A DNA stretch of 64,000 bases, from the NCBI GenBank assembly GCA_965197905.1, contig CBDAOB010000005.1:1280001-1344000 (forward strand). Reading direction: 5' to 3'. Made by a program: the position numbers and the translations under genes. This stretch comes from Candidatus Latescibacterota bacterium (GTDB lineage: Bacteria > Latescibacterota > UBA2968 > UBA8231). The notes under the pieces were generated by a model that searched no databases, was not told the DNA's origin, and saw only the letters and a program-made list of their open reading frames with translations. Below, one piece after another: positions 50,639-60,422 of the stretch; the first letter of the stretch is position 1, and each line of letters begins with the position of its first letter.

Positions 50639-51064
50639 ATGGTCAAGCATACTCTCACTCCAGGGATGAGTCAACGACAGGTTGTGCCCGCATGGAACAG
50701 AGAAAAGGGACAACTCCTGCTCAGGCTGTACGACAAAGCCATGCACTGCATGGCCGAAGCTGTGAGCATGATAGACGCCGGCGATGTCATCGGCAAAAGC
50801 GAACAGCTCATCCGGGCCCAGGATATCATTCTGCAGTTGAGTGACGCCCTGGACAAGAATTCGTTCGATCCAACCGCCCGTTCGATTACGCACAATCTCG
50901 AACGCCTATACCTATACATCTATAGGCGGCTGATTCATGGCAACCTCTCGATTGATCGCGGGGCTGTTCTGGAAGCTCGGCGTCTCATGCAGACGTTGTA
51001 CTCAGCATGGTCTCAAGCGGTCGCCGAAGGTCCGGCCACACTAGAGGTTCAACTGGCAGGCTAA
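50639..51064 (+). CDS. fliS: Flagellin chaperone FliS
   Basis: LLLRLYDKA, RAQDIILQL..ALD, NLERLYLY..RRL and LYSAW motifs; AGGAGG RBS. Confidence 0.8.
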   Translation: MVKHTLTPGMSQRQVVPAWNREKGQLLLRLYDKAMHCMAEAVSMIDAGDVIGKSEQLIRAQDIILQLSDALDKNSFDPTARSITHNLERLYLYIYRRLIHGNLSIDRGAVLEARRLMQTLYSAWSQAVAEGPATLEVQLAG

Positions 51065-51202
51065 GCCATCAAGAGCTGCAGGGCCTGGTCTACCGTGATT
51101 TCTTGACGGACGCCATCGTTTGGCGTTATTAGTCCTCGCTTTTTTCACTGCGAGGGGCCGCCAGGAAAGGGCCGGGCTACCGTAAAAATACGAGAACCCC
51201 AT

Positions 51203-52156
51203 GTGGTAGACTCAGGCGCGTATATCCGGATATCGGACCTGACCAAAACCTATCCGGCCTCCCGTCGAAGCGAGGCTCGCACCGCCTTGCAGGACGTCAA
51301 TCTCGACATCACCGCCGGTGAGATGGTAGCTCTTCTGGGGCCCAACGGCAGCGGAAAATCCACTCTGCTGCGCATTTTGACGACTTCCTTGCATCCCAGC
51401 TGCGGCTCGATCGAAATCGGCCCCTGGCGGTTGCCTCAAGATGCCTCCGAGGTGCGTAAGACCCTCGGTGTCGTCTTCCAGAAGCCCGCTCTCGATGACA
51501 AAATGACAGTCTCCGAGAATCTCCGCGCCGCTGCACGTCTGCAGGGGATCCAGGCGGGCGAAATCGAACGCCGCATGGCTCGCTGGCTCGACAAGATGGA
51601 CCTCTGCGACCGGAGAAACGAGCTCGTGGGAACCCTTTCGGGTGGGTTGGCGAAGCGCGTCGAACTGGCGAAGGCGCTGCTGCACGATCCCGTGCTCCTG
51701 GTGTTGGATGAACCCACCTCTGGCTTAGACCCGGTTTCCCGTCACGAATTCTGGCGGCAAATCGACCATTTACGACAAGAGCGTGCGCCGACTGTAGTAC
51801 TGACCACTCACCAGATCGATGAAGCGAGCCGTTCCGATCGGACGGCCATTCTGCACCAGGGAACCCTGCTGGCATATGATGCTCCAGAGAAGCTCCAGGC
51901 AGGCATCGGCAAGCAGGTGCTCGCCATCAGAGCAGACGACCCGGATGCTCTACGCGCCGGACTAGAGGCTTCGCTCGGAATCGAGGGGGTCATCTTCGAC
52001 AGTGGGATCCGCTTCGAATTGGAGAATCCCGTAAGTCTGGACGGGGTGCTTTCGAGTTTCGGTGATTGCATTCGATCCCTCAGTGTTGCACCACCCTCGC
52101 TGGAAGATGTCTTCTTTCATTTCGCAGGTGAGCCGCTCTCCACCGCGGAGGGGTAG
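51203..52156 (+). CDS. ABC-2 exporter ATP-binding subunit
   Basis: GPNGSGKST, LSGG, LDEPTSGLD and TTH motifs. Confidence 0.92.
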   Translation: MVDSGAYIRISDLTKTYPASRRSEARTALQDVNLDITAGEMVALLGPNGSGKSTLLRILTTSLHPSCGSIEIGPWRLPQDASEVRKTLGVVFQKPALDDKMTVSENLRAAARLQGIQAGEIERRMARWLDKMDLCDRRNELVGTLSGGLAKRVELAKALLHDPVLLVLDEPTSGLDPVSRHEFWRQIDHLRQERAPTVVLTTHQIDEASRSDRTAILHQGTLLAYDAPEKLQAGIGKQVLAIRADDPDALRAGLEASLGIEGVIFDSGIRFELENPVSLDGVLSSFGDCIRSLSVAPPSLEDVFFHFAGEPLSTAEG

Positions 52157-52158
52157 GC

Positions 52159-52923
52159 ATGAACGGGATACTCGTGCTCGCTCAACGCGAACTGGTGCGG
52201 TTCTTTCGCCAGCGCACCCGGCTCTTCGGGAGTCTGGCGCAGCCGTTCCTTTTCTGGCTGCTTATGGGGTCAGGATTTGCCGATAGTTTCGCCCCCGGAG
52301 GATTGGCAGAGTCCTACAGTGAATTCTTCTTCCCTGGAGTGGCGCTGATGTTGCTCCTGTTCGGCGCCATCTTTTCCACCATATCACTCATCGAAGACCG
52401 GGCAGCCGGGTTTCTCCAGGGTGTGCTGGTTGCGCCGGTGTCAAGACTCAGCATCGTCCTGGGAAAAGTGATCGGCGGAACATCGATAGCGGTGCTTCAA
52501 GCAGCGGTCTTTCTCATCCTGTCCCCATTCGCGGGGTTCGAGATGACCTTCGCCCGAATCCTCGGCTTGATCGGACTCTTCGCGTTGGTGGGGATAGGTT
52601 TTACCGGCCTAGGATTCTTTGTTGCCTGGTTGTCGGAAACAGTGGCCAGCTATCACGCTGTCATGAGCATGGTGATGCTGCCTTTGTGGTTGCTCTCAGG
52701 GGCTGTGTTCCCGTTGGAGCGGGCGGCGGAATGGCTGCGGCTAGTGATGCTTTTGAATCCGGTCACCTACGCCATGCAGGTAATTTGCGGGGCCTTCTAC
52801 GAGACCGGCTATGAGTTGATGGTACAACCCGATTACCTGTTGGCGATGGGGGTCACCACACTTTGGGCGCTTTCTACCTTGCTTCTCTCAGTCTGGGTCG
52901 CGGCACGCAAGGTGACGACCTGA
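52159..52923 (+). CDS. ABC-2 exporter permease
   Basis: RELVRFFRQ, FFPG, LVAPVSR..IVLGK, LSGAVFP and NPVTY motifs; six TM segments. Confidence 0.92.
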   Translation: MNGILVLAQRELVRFFRQRTRLFGSLAQPFLFWLLMGSGFADSFAPGGLAESYSEFFFPGVALMLLLFGAIFSTISLIEDRAAGFLQGVLVAPVSRLSIVLGKVIGGTSIAVLQAAVFLILSPFAGFEMTFARILGLIGLFALVGIGFTGLGFFVAWLSETVASYHAVMSMVMLPLWLLSGAVFPLERAAEWLRLVMLLNPVTYAMQVICGAFYETGYELMVQPDYLLAMGVTTLWALSTLLLSVWVAARKVTT

Positions 52924-53068
52924 GGGTGTTGATCTGATCCCGCTGGATGTAGCGATAGCCGAGCAGGAACACGAGGGTGGAGGTGGTGTTGAGAAAAGCG
53001 TTAAGGGCGGGTATGTGGAATTACGGGGTCGACCAAGATGCGAATACGACTGCGGAAAGCGGGTGGCG

Positions 53069-53446
53069 TCAGTTCGAGCCACCCATGCCCATCTTGGTTC
53101 GCTGGATGCGTTTCTTGCGTTTAGATTCTTCCTGTTCTTCAGCAGCGTGAACGCGCTTGTCCTCTTCGAGCCGCATGTCGGTCAACTCTTCGTAGTAGTT
53201 CGTCAGCTTGTCGGTGGCGGCCTTCAGTGGGGCAACAATCGGCGTAAGCTCCTCGACCCGTTTCTTTTTGTCAGCCATGCCGTCCTTAAGTCTTTTCAGC
53301 TCCCGTTCCACTTGATCTTGTTTAGGACGCAATCCTGCCGCTGTTTGCGTAAAGAACAGGATCGAGCGGATCGACATCACCAACGAACCCACCACGAGAA
53401 TAGCGGCGAGAACCTCCGGGGTCAGCAGTCCTCCTAATATATCCAT
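53069..53446 (-). CDS. Single-pass membrane protein with a coiled coil
   Basis: N-terminal hydrophobic helix followed by a charged heptad region. Confidence 0.65.
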   Translation of the reverse strand: MDILGGLLTPEVLAAILVVGSLVMSIRSILFFTQTAAGLRPKQDQVERELKRLKDGMADKKKRVEELTPIVAPLKAATDKLTNYYEELTDMRLEEDKRVHAAEEQEESKRKKRIQRTKMGMGGSN

Positions 53447-53543
53447 TTGCTAGGCAATTCGACCATTATTTGATGTATTTGAGAGCAACTTTCCTTAAAA
53501 TAATTAAACTCAAACAAATGGCAAACCGGAAGACGGCAACTAA

Positions 53544-54418
53544 TTGTCCAACTCATTGAGAGAGAATGGCGTAGCCATTGGGGAAGGAGGCGGAACACAG
53601 GGGTTCCCCGGTACCATCGCGGCGCTGATCGGAGCTTTGGTGATCGTGGCTGAAATCCAGCAGTTCGCGACGCTTTCCAAGTTCCAGGTGATGCCCCCCG
53701 CGGCCGGTTTCAAGAGCCCGGGTGATTTCGCCGCGGAACTCCACGCCTCGGTTTCCTTCCAGCTGTGGGATTGGGGGTTGATCATCCTCCTCGCCGGCGC
53801 CGTTTTCTCCGTGCTTATCATGGAGATTCGCGGCCACCAGCTCACCAGACTGTTCGACTATTGCTTCGCCCGTGATGCTCGTGCACTGGTGCTGCTGATC
53901 ATCAGCAGCACTGTTCTAATGCGCTACTACTTCACCGTTGGGCAACTGAGCTGGGCCGGCGATGCTGCCGAACACATCGTCTATTCCTGGATCGCCGCTA
54001 GCGCTTTCGCGGCCGGGGAGTTGCCCATATGGTCGAACTACATCTCGGGCGGTTCGCCGTTCCTGCAGTTTTACGGCTTCTTGTTTTTCTATACGGTCGC
54101 GGGCGTAGATCTGGTCGTTGGCGAGATCTTCACCTCCCTGAAGCTGGTTCTGGGGATTGCGCATATCTGCTCTGGCGTTGCCGCCTACGCCTGGTTCAAG
54201 GTTATGTTCGGCTCCCGCCGCGCCGCGTACCTGGGAGCTCTGGCCTACATCCTCAGCTTTTGGCATACGCAGCAGGTGCTGTTCATGGGCCGGTTACCCC
54301 TGTCCCTGTTCTACGCTGTCCTGCCGCTGCCATTTCTCTTCTTCGAAGCTTTCAGAAGTTGGCGCAACAAAGAGCTGGCGCTGGGACTGGGTGCCGCATC
54401 CCTGGGATCGCTGGTATT
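53544..54418 (+). CDS. 5' exon of a large polytopic membrane protein (GT-C / PTPS-related / YfhO-like)
   Basis: WAGDAAEH, PIWSNY..GGSPFLQFYG and AYLGALAY motifs with many TM segments; the membrane-type sequence ends at the GTGCG at 54419. Confidence 0.75.
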
Positions 54419-56559
54419 GTGCGCCACGAGGCGCCAGAGAACCGGGTGGGATGCAAGGACCCACCAACGGGCTGTCGCAGCAGCCCGTTGAAGCTGGAGG
54501 CAGCCTGACCCTGGGAGCGCAGGGGAAGGTGGAAGCAGCCTCGACAACGACAGAGTGGAGTGGCACCTCCAGACACTCCACGTCTGGCAAGCAAGACGGA
54601 ATGGTGTAACCCGAAGTGAACCAGTGATGGAACCCCCTTTAGCGGCCCGCCAACCCAAACCTGGTGGATAAGGGTTGGTACGCAACGCACGTGGTCGGAT
54701 ATATGACCGACTGCGACTCTGGGGAGGTGTGATACCCACCGAAGCAGAGGCCTTGGAGAATGCCTGCGGCGTACCCAAGGCGAAGTTGCAGGGGAAAAGC
54801 TGGGCACCTCCCCCGTCAAACGGTTCATGGTGAACGTGGGAACCGAGCCGAGTCCGACCGTTATCGGGGCAGCGCGCTGTCCGCTGTGGGGCTTGGCAAG
54901 GGACGGAGCCTCTGTAGTAGTCCGCGAGCGGGAAAGCCGCTTACATGGCGAAGGGAGGCAGCAAGTTGCGCAGTGGGGTACTGGAAAAACAGGAGGACGC
55001 CGGTGAATGCCAGCGCTTCGTGGCCCGAGGCAGAACAAGCCCGTAATCGAGTACTGGAAATCCAGACCAAACTGCACCGTTGGGCTGTAGAGGATCGAAG
55101 CAAGTGCTTCGACGACCTGTTCAACCTGGTGTGTGACCCGGCGTTTTTGAGTGTAGCCTGGCGTCGGGTGCGCAGCAACAAGGGTGCTCGTTCGGCCGGA
55201 GTGGACGGACAAACGGCCTACTCTGTGGAGACGGAACGCGGCGAGGAGGCCTTTCTCGCCGAGGTGCGGGTTGATCTGAAGACCCGCAGTTTCCGGCCTC
55301 TGCCCGTACGCGAGCGGTTGATTCCGAAACCTGGCACAACGAAGAAGCGCCGGCTCGGCATCCCAACCGCTCGGGACCGAGTGGTCCAAGCCGCACTCAA
55401 GCTGGTGCTCGAACCGATCTTCGAAGCGGACTTCAAGCCGTGCTCCTACGGCTTCCGCCCGAATCGGCGGGCTCAGGACGCCATCGCCGAGATTCATCAA
55501 TTCTGCTCCCGCTCTTATGAGTGGGTGGTGGAGGGCGATATCCGTGCTTGTTTCGATGAGATTGATCACGCAGCCCTCTTGGACCGCGTGCGTCGACGTA
55601 TCGGTGATAAGCATGTTCTGAGGCTTGTAAAAGCGTTCTGCAAGGCCGGTGTCCTCACGGAACAATCGGTGTTGCAAGAAAGCACTTCGGGCACTCCGCA
55701 AGGCGGTATTCTCTCACCGCTGGTGGCAAATATCGCCTTATCCGTCCTCGACGATTATTTCACTGAGGTCTGGAGAAAGGTGGGCGCTACCTCCAGTGCG
55801 CGACAAGCGCATCGGCGAAAGGGGCTACCGACTTGTCGGCTTGTCCGTTACGCTGACGATTTCGTGCTGCTGGTGGCGGGCACCGAAGCTGCAGCGTATG
55901 ACCTGCGCGACCAAGCGGGGGTGACTCTCACCCCCATGGGTCTGCACCTGTCGGAGACGAAGACCGCCATCACGCACATCAGCCGTGGCTTCGATTTCCT
56001 GGGTTTTCGCATTCAGAAGCGACGGAAACCGGGCCCGGTTGGCGCACGCATCTATACGTGGCCAAGAAAGGAATCTCTGGCCCGGTTGAAGAGCACGGTG
56101 CGCGCAGTCACGAGAACGGGTCGGCAGAGGCCGTTGAAGAGCCTTCTGCGCCAACTCAATCCGGTGTTGCGGGGGTGGGCCAACTACTTTCAGTACGGGG
56201 TGTCGAAGGCCACTTTCAACTACGTGCGGGGCTTCACTTGGCGCCGCGTAGTGCATTGGCTGCGCCGCAAGCACCCGCGCTTTAATTGGAGGAAGCTGAA
56301 ACGCCGCTACCTGCCAGGATGGTGGCCCACCGAGGACGGGATTGCTCTTTACAACGTCGGCGAAGTAGCAGTGACTCGTTACCGCTATCGATCGGCGCGG
56401 ATCCCTTCTCCCTGGCCTGCGACAACCGGATGAGACTCTGCGGTCACACGGCACCTTGTGGAGAGCCGGATGCGTGGTAACGCGCACGTCCGGTTCGGAG
56501 GGCGGGCCGGAGAAACCCACATCACGCGTGTGGCGCAGGGCGCTCCGGTCCGACCCTAC
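54419..56559 (+). mobile_element. Group II intron (2141 nt), sense orientation
   Basis: 5' GTGCG; domain V GAGCCGGATGCGTGGTAACGCGCACGTCCGGTTC (56463-56496, AGC triad); domain VI ending CCGACCCTAC; EBS1 GATACC (54731-54736) pairs with exon end GGTATT. Confidence 0.93.
55003..56433 (+). CDS. ltrA: Group II intron reverse transcriptase/maturase, no endonuclease domain
   Basis: AGGAGG RBS and GTG start; AGVDG, IPKPG..RRLGIP, SYGFRP, EGDIRACFD, GTPQGG, RYADDF, FDFLGF and LRGWANYF motifs; no HNH. Confidence 0.95.
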   Translation: MNASASWPEAEQARNRVLEIQTKLHRWAVEDRSKCFDDLFNLVCDPAFLSVAWRRVRSNKGARSAGVDGQTAYSVETERGEEAFLAEVRVDLKTRSFRPLPVRERLIPKPGTTKKRRLGIPTARDRVVQAALKLVLEPIFEADFKPCSYGFRPNRRAQDAIAEIHQFCSRSYEWVVEGDIRACFDEIDHAALLDRVRRRIGDKHVLRLVKAFCKAGVLTEQSVLQESTSGTPQGGILSPLVANIALSVLDDYFTEVWRKVGATSSARQAHRRKGLPTCRLVRYADDFVLLVAGTEAAAYDLRDQAGVTLTPMGLHLSETKTAITHISRGFDFLGFRIQKRRKPGPVGARIYTWPRKESLARLKSTVRAVTRTGRQRPLKSLLRQLNPVLRGWANYFQYGVSKATFNYVRGFTWRRVVHWLRRKHPRFNWRKLKRRYLPGWWPTEDGIALYNVGEVAVTRYRYRSARIPSPWPATTG

Positions 56560-58188
56560 TATCCATCCCGGCTACGCCTTCTGGGCGGCTTTCTTCCTCC
56601 TGCTCTACATCGGCCTGCGCGTATGTTTTGAACCCTCGCACCGCCGCCAAATGGTGGTCTGGGGGAGCGGCCTGGTATTGCTCGGCACGGTGTTCGGCTC
56701 CGCCTTTGGGTTGCCCATGCTGCTTGAGGCGAATCAAACCAGCCTGGAGACCGGCGTCTCCCTGTCGGGTGTGCCCGATCCGTCCTGGCAGCATCTCCTC
56801 GGATGGTCCAACTTCCGCCTCCGTTTGTTAGCCTTGCCGGAGACCAACCACCATTGGTATGGTGGGTACCTTGGCCTGTCTCTAATCCTCATTGCGGCCG
56901 TGGCGGTCCTCGCCGCCCGCGGGCTCCGGCTGTGGCGGTTACTCGCGCCGGGGGTGGCCGGGATGGGGGTGGTGCTCGTCATCATCTTCGGGTATCGCCT
57001 GACCTTGCTACAAAGCCTAGCGCCGGTAACCGCGCTGAACTCCGGCCGCTACCTTCTCTTCGCAGTCTTCTTCCTGGCGTATCTGGTTGCCACGGCGGTG
57101 GTGGTGGTGGAACGTTCTGAGTCCTCAGCCAAAAGCGCTTCGAGACTCTACACCGCGATGTTTGCGCTCATTCTCATAGACTTGGGACCAACGACATTTC
57201 AACACCCGTACGTGCCGCGTTCGGCGATTCCAATCAACTTTCCCGCATCGACACTTCAGCAGATTCGTGCAAGCACCAGCGGCGGCGGAAGTATTCCGAA
57301 CTTTCGCACCTACGTCACCACCGAGCATAGCAACCCGTTTCAGGCAATCGGCTGGCTCTGCTTCGCTTCCGGCATTCCCACCTTTCAGGGCCTCTACAAC
57401 GAAGCCCCACGCGCACATGGCAAACTGGCGGAGCCATGGGAGACCTTTGCAGAACCGGTGTTCAACACCATCGACCACGCCCGCGAGCTCTCCTGGCACA
57501 CCCCCAGGCGGATATCATCAGTGGCGGCCTCGCGCTGTTGAATGTGCGACGCGTCGTCGCATTACAGCAGGAGGAACTCCTGACGTTCGAGTGGAACGCG
57601 AGCACTCCGATCCTGGTGTCGCCGAAAGTAGGACCGTTTCCATACGACGAGTTTGACCGCATGCAGTCGGAAGGCAAACTCCAATCGCTCTTGCGCAGCA
57701 CCTTTCCCGATTGGCCGGACCTGATCGAGCTCGCCCGCATTTTCAAGTCCCTGTGGCTCGTGCGGGCTCTTGGGGTCGACGGGGAAAACGGAACGTGTGA
57801 GCAGATCATCCTGCGCGATCCTCATTATCGCGACGATCTGAAAACCTCACCCAGCGTTGTCGTGACGGAACACCGTGTGTGGAATCAAAGAGTCGAGCTC
57901 GCGGTCGAGGTTTCCGAACAGTGCTACGCTCGCCTGGCGTACGCGTTTTATCCGGATTTGCGCGTAACGCTCAATGAGGTCGAGGTGGACGCCCTGGAAA
58001 CAGCGGGCGGTTTCATCGGGTTGAAATTGCCTGCGGGAAGGAACCGAATCGAGATCACTCCGCAACTGTCCTCGCTGCGAAAGACCACGTGGGGCGCCAG
58101 TATCCTATTGCTCGTTCTGGTGCCTGTAGGAATCGGATCCTGGAAAAGAAGGATGGGAAGGCGTTCGCACCAGCGCCGCGGTAGTTAG
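56560..58188 (+). pseudogene. 3' exon of the intron host gene, with a frameshift near 57490
   Basis: IHPGYAFW..GGYLG..GRYL..DLGP runs to about 57490. The frame then shifts at GAGCTCTCCTG into LLAHPQADIISGGLALLNVR..AYAFYP..LPAGRNRIEI plus a final TM, a YfhO-like C-terminus. Confidence 0.7.
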
Positions 58189-58922
58189 CATTCTTCCGCC
58201 TTGCCGGTCATGGGCACGAACCTGACCGGCAACAAGGTATCGGCCCCGACACCGCTTTCGGACTTGCTCAGCCTTACCAGCTGTTGGAATTCGTCGCCAA
58301 CGGGAAGCACCATGCGGCCGCCTACTGCGAGCTGTTCGACCAAAGGTTGGGGCACATGGTCTGGTGCTGCCGTTACAATAACGGCGGAAAAGGGAGCCGC
58401 TTCGGGCCAACCTAGATAGCCGTCCCCAGCGCGGACGCGGATGTTGTCGTATCCCAACTCCTCCAACAGGGCCGCCGAACGCGCAGCCAGCACCGGCACT
58501 ATTTCTATGGTAAACACTTCCTTGACCAATTCGGCGAGGACAGCGGCCTGATACCCTGAACCGGTGCCGATCTCCAAGACCCGGTCGCCGGGTTTCAATT
58601 GCAGCGCCTGGGTCATATACGCCACGATGTACGGCTGAGAGATCGTTTGATCTTCGCCGATCGGCAATGGATGGTCGGCGTACGCAAACTCGCGCCACTT
58701 GTCGGGCACGAACAGATGCCTCGGGACTTCGCCCATAACTCGAAGCACGGCCGGGTCTGTAATATCCCGCCGCGACAGCTGGGATGTTACCATCTCCGCA
58801 CGGAGCTCGGCAAAGCGATCGGGCAGGGACTGTCGCTGACCGTGGGACGGGTCCTGGCAGGCTGCCAACACCGACCAACCCAACATCAACAGACCGGTGA
58901 TCGATGCGGCGTTGAGCGACAT
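58185..58922 (-). CDS. pcm: Protein-L-isoaspartate O-methyltransferase with a lipoprotein-like N-terminus
   Basis: VPRHLFVP, QTISQPYIVA, VLEIGTGSGYQAA, GDGYLGW and VRFVPM motifs; N-terminal LAAC. Confidence 0.93.
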   Translation of the reverse strand: MSLNAASITGLLMLGWSVLAACQDPSHGQRQSLPDRFAELRAEMVTSQLSRRDITDPAVLRVMGEVPRHLFVPDKWREFAYADHPLPIGEDQTISQPYIVAYMTQALQLKPGDRVLEIGTGSGYQAAVLAELVKEVFTIEIVPVLAARSAALLEELGYDNIRVRAGDGYLGWPEAAPFSAVIVTAAPDHVPQPLVEQLAVGGRMVLPVGDEFQQLVRLSKSESGVGADTLLPVRFVPMTGKAEEC

Positions 58923-58981
58923 TCGGGCCTCTATTTGAACGGTGAATGGAGGCGATGCGAAGCGCAAAAGATGGGGGGTGT

Positions 58982-59242
58982 CTATCCGTCTTTGGAGAAA
59001 CCGAACTTGGTAATATTCATGGCGCCGGTGTAGCTTTTGCCCGTCATGCGCTCGTGTTCCTCCTTGAGACCGGAGAAACTCTCCCGCTCTGAATGCAGGG
59101 TCGATTCGAGGTAGGCATTCCTCTCCGTCAGTTCCTTGTTTTCGCTCTGCAGCTGGCCCAACTCCCCCTTCATCTTTTCCATCGACGCCATAAGCCTCTG
59201 ATTGGCCAGTTCCAAAGCCACTGCCTTGCTTTGCTTCGACAT
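58982..59242 (-). CDS. Small coiled-coil hypothetical protein
   Basis: 86 aa, AAGGAG RBS, heptad pattern. Confidence 0.65.
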   Translation of the reverse strand: MSKQSKAVALELANQRLMASMEKMKGELGQLQSENKELTERNAYLESTLHSERESFSGLKEEHERMTGKSYTGAMNITKFGFSKDG

Positions 59243-59469
59243 AATCCCGTCTCCTTAGCGGGCCGGTTAGGTTCGAGCCCGTTTCGCAAGACCTACTATT
59301 ATTACTGACTTACCCATTAACCCATAATATACAACGACTTAGTGGAGTTCGCCAACGTTCGTGAGGTGACCTGATCGATGACTTTCCCAATGCGCGCAGC
59401 ACGTCGCTAGTGGGACGCAGGTGGACAGCATCTGGTATTCCACTCGCACGGGTGGCCTTACCACACCAC

Positions 59470-60373
59470 ACGATGACGACGTTGCCAGCCGGCGCGGCCG
59501 CCCGCTGCTACTGGCGGCCCACACGCCGTTCAGCCTGGAGGACTGCGTACACGTTGGCGTGGATCTGGAAACATGGCTCCAGGAAGGACTGATCGACCAG
59601 TTCAGCCCGGGAGGCGATCTTGAGTCGGTTTTGCGCGATTCCTACACCGACATCATCGACCTGGGACACAAGTACGAAATCCCGGTCTATCCTTGCATGT
59701 CGTGGTCGTTTTGGGAGTACTGGGTTTTTCTCGCGTTGAGCGACGGCAAATACAAGAAGTGTGAGGATTGGATGGAAACGCTCTATGGGGGACAGTCGGA
59801 TCGCATCGGCAAGCCGGAGTATGTCTCGATATTCAACGCGTGGGAGGTGCATTCCCAGCCTGGCGCGGTGCTGCCCTGAATCTGTTTAACGCCGGCGCCG
59901 ATGGACTCTACATCTTCAATCCCGCGCTTGGTGAGCCGCGTGTGTGGAAGGAGATCGGCGAGGTGGCGACCATGGCGGGAAAGGACAGACTGTATGGCAT
60001 CGACCGTTTCGAAGGTGCCGATAGCTTCACCGCCATCCCGGAGGTAACACTCCCCGCGGCCGTGGGTTTTCAGGTGGGCGAGGATGTCGGATCTATCGGT
60101 GCGCGAAGCATCGACTTCAGCCTGCATCTGTGGGACTGGGTTCCGGGCGACGACCTCTCCGTCAGACTCAACGGGGCATCCGTCGAAGGGCTGGAACCGG
60201 CCGAGCCGGGCCGCAATCCAGCCGAAGGTCAGTGGCTACAGGGCGATCTCGATGCCAAGCAGATCAATCGTGGTGAGAATCGGCTGGAAGTGAAGGTGGA
60301 AAAACGGGGCGACACTGCATCATCTCCTGTCGTACTGGACACGGCGCAGGTGCGCGTTCGGTGCGACGCCTAG
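59470..60373 (+). pseudogene. 5'-truncated, frameshifted remnant of a glycoside hydrolase-like TIM-barrel protein
   Basis: RRGRPLLLAAH..GVDLETWLQEGLID..IPVYPC in one frame continues as RGAALNLFNAGADGLYIFN in another, shifting near 59845. No N-terminal part. Confidence 0.55.
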
Positions 60374-60422
60374 CCAGAAGTCCGTGCCGGCGGAGCCTGA
60401 GCCCCGCATAGAGGGATGTTCT

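Noticed and set aside
54352..55701. 449-aa minus-strand ORF and other small ORFs over the intron
   Set aside because: Antisense shadows of the intron RNA and RT gene.
54760..56433. RT as part of a retron, DGR or CRISPR-linked system
   Set aside because: Domain V/VI, the GTGCG start, EBS1-IBS1 pairing and the maturase domain identify a group II intron. No TR/VR pair or array is seen.
59258..59288. GGTTCGAGCCC resembling a tRNA T-arm
   Set aside because: No cloverleaf or acceptor stem can be built; at most a simple hairpin.
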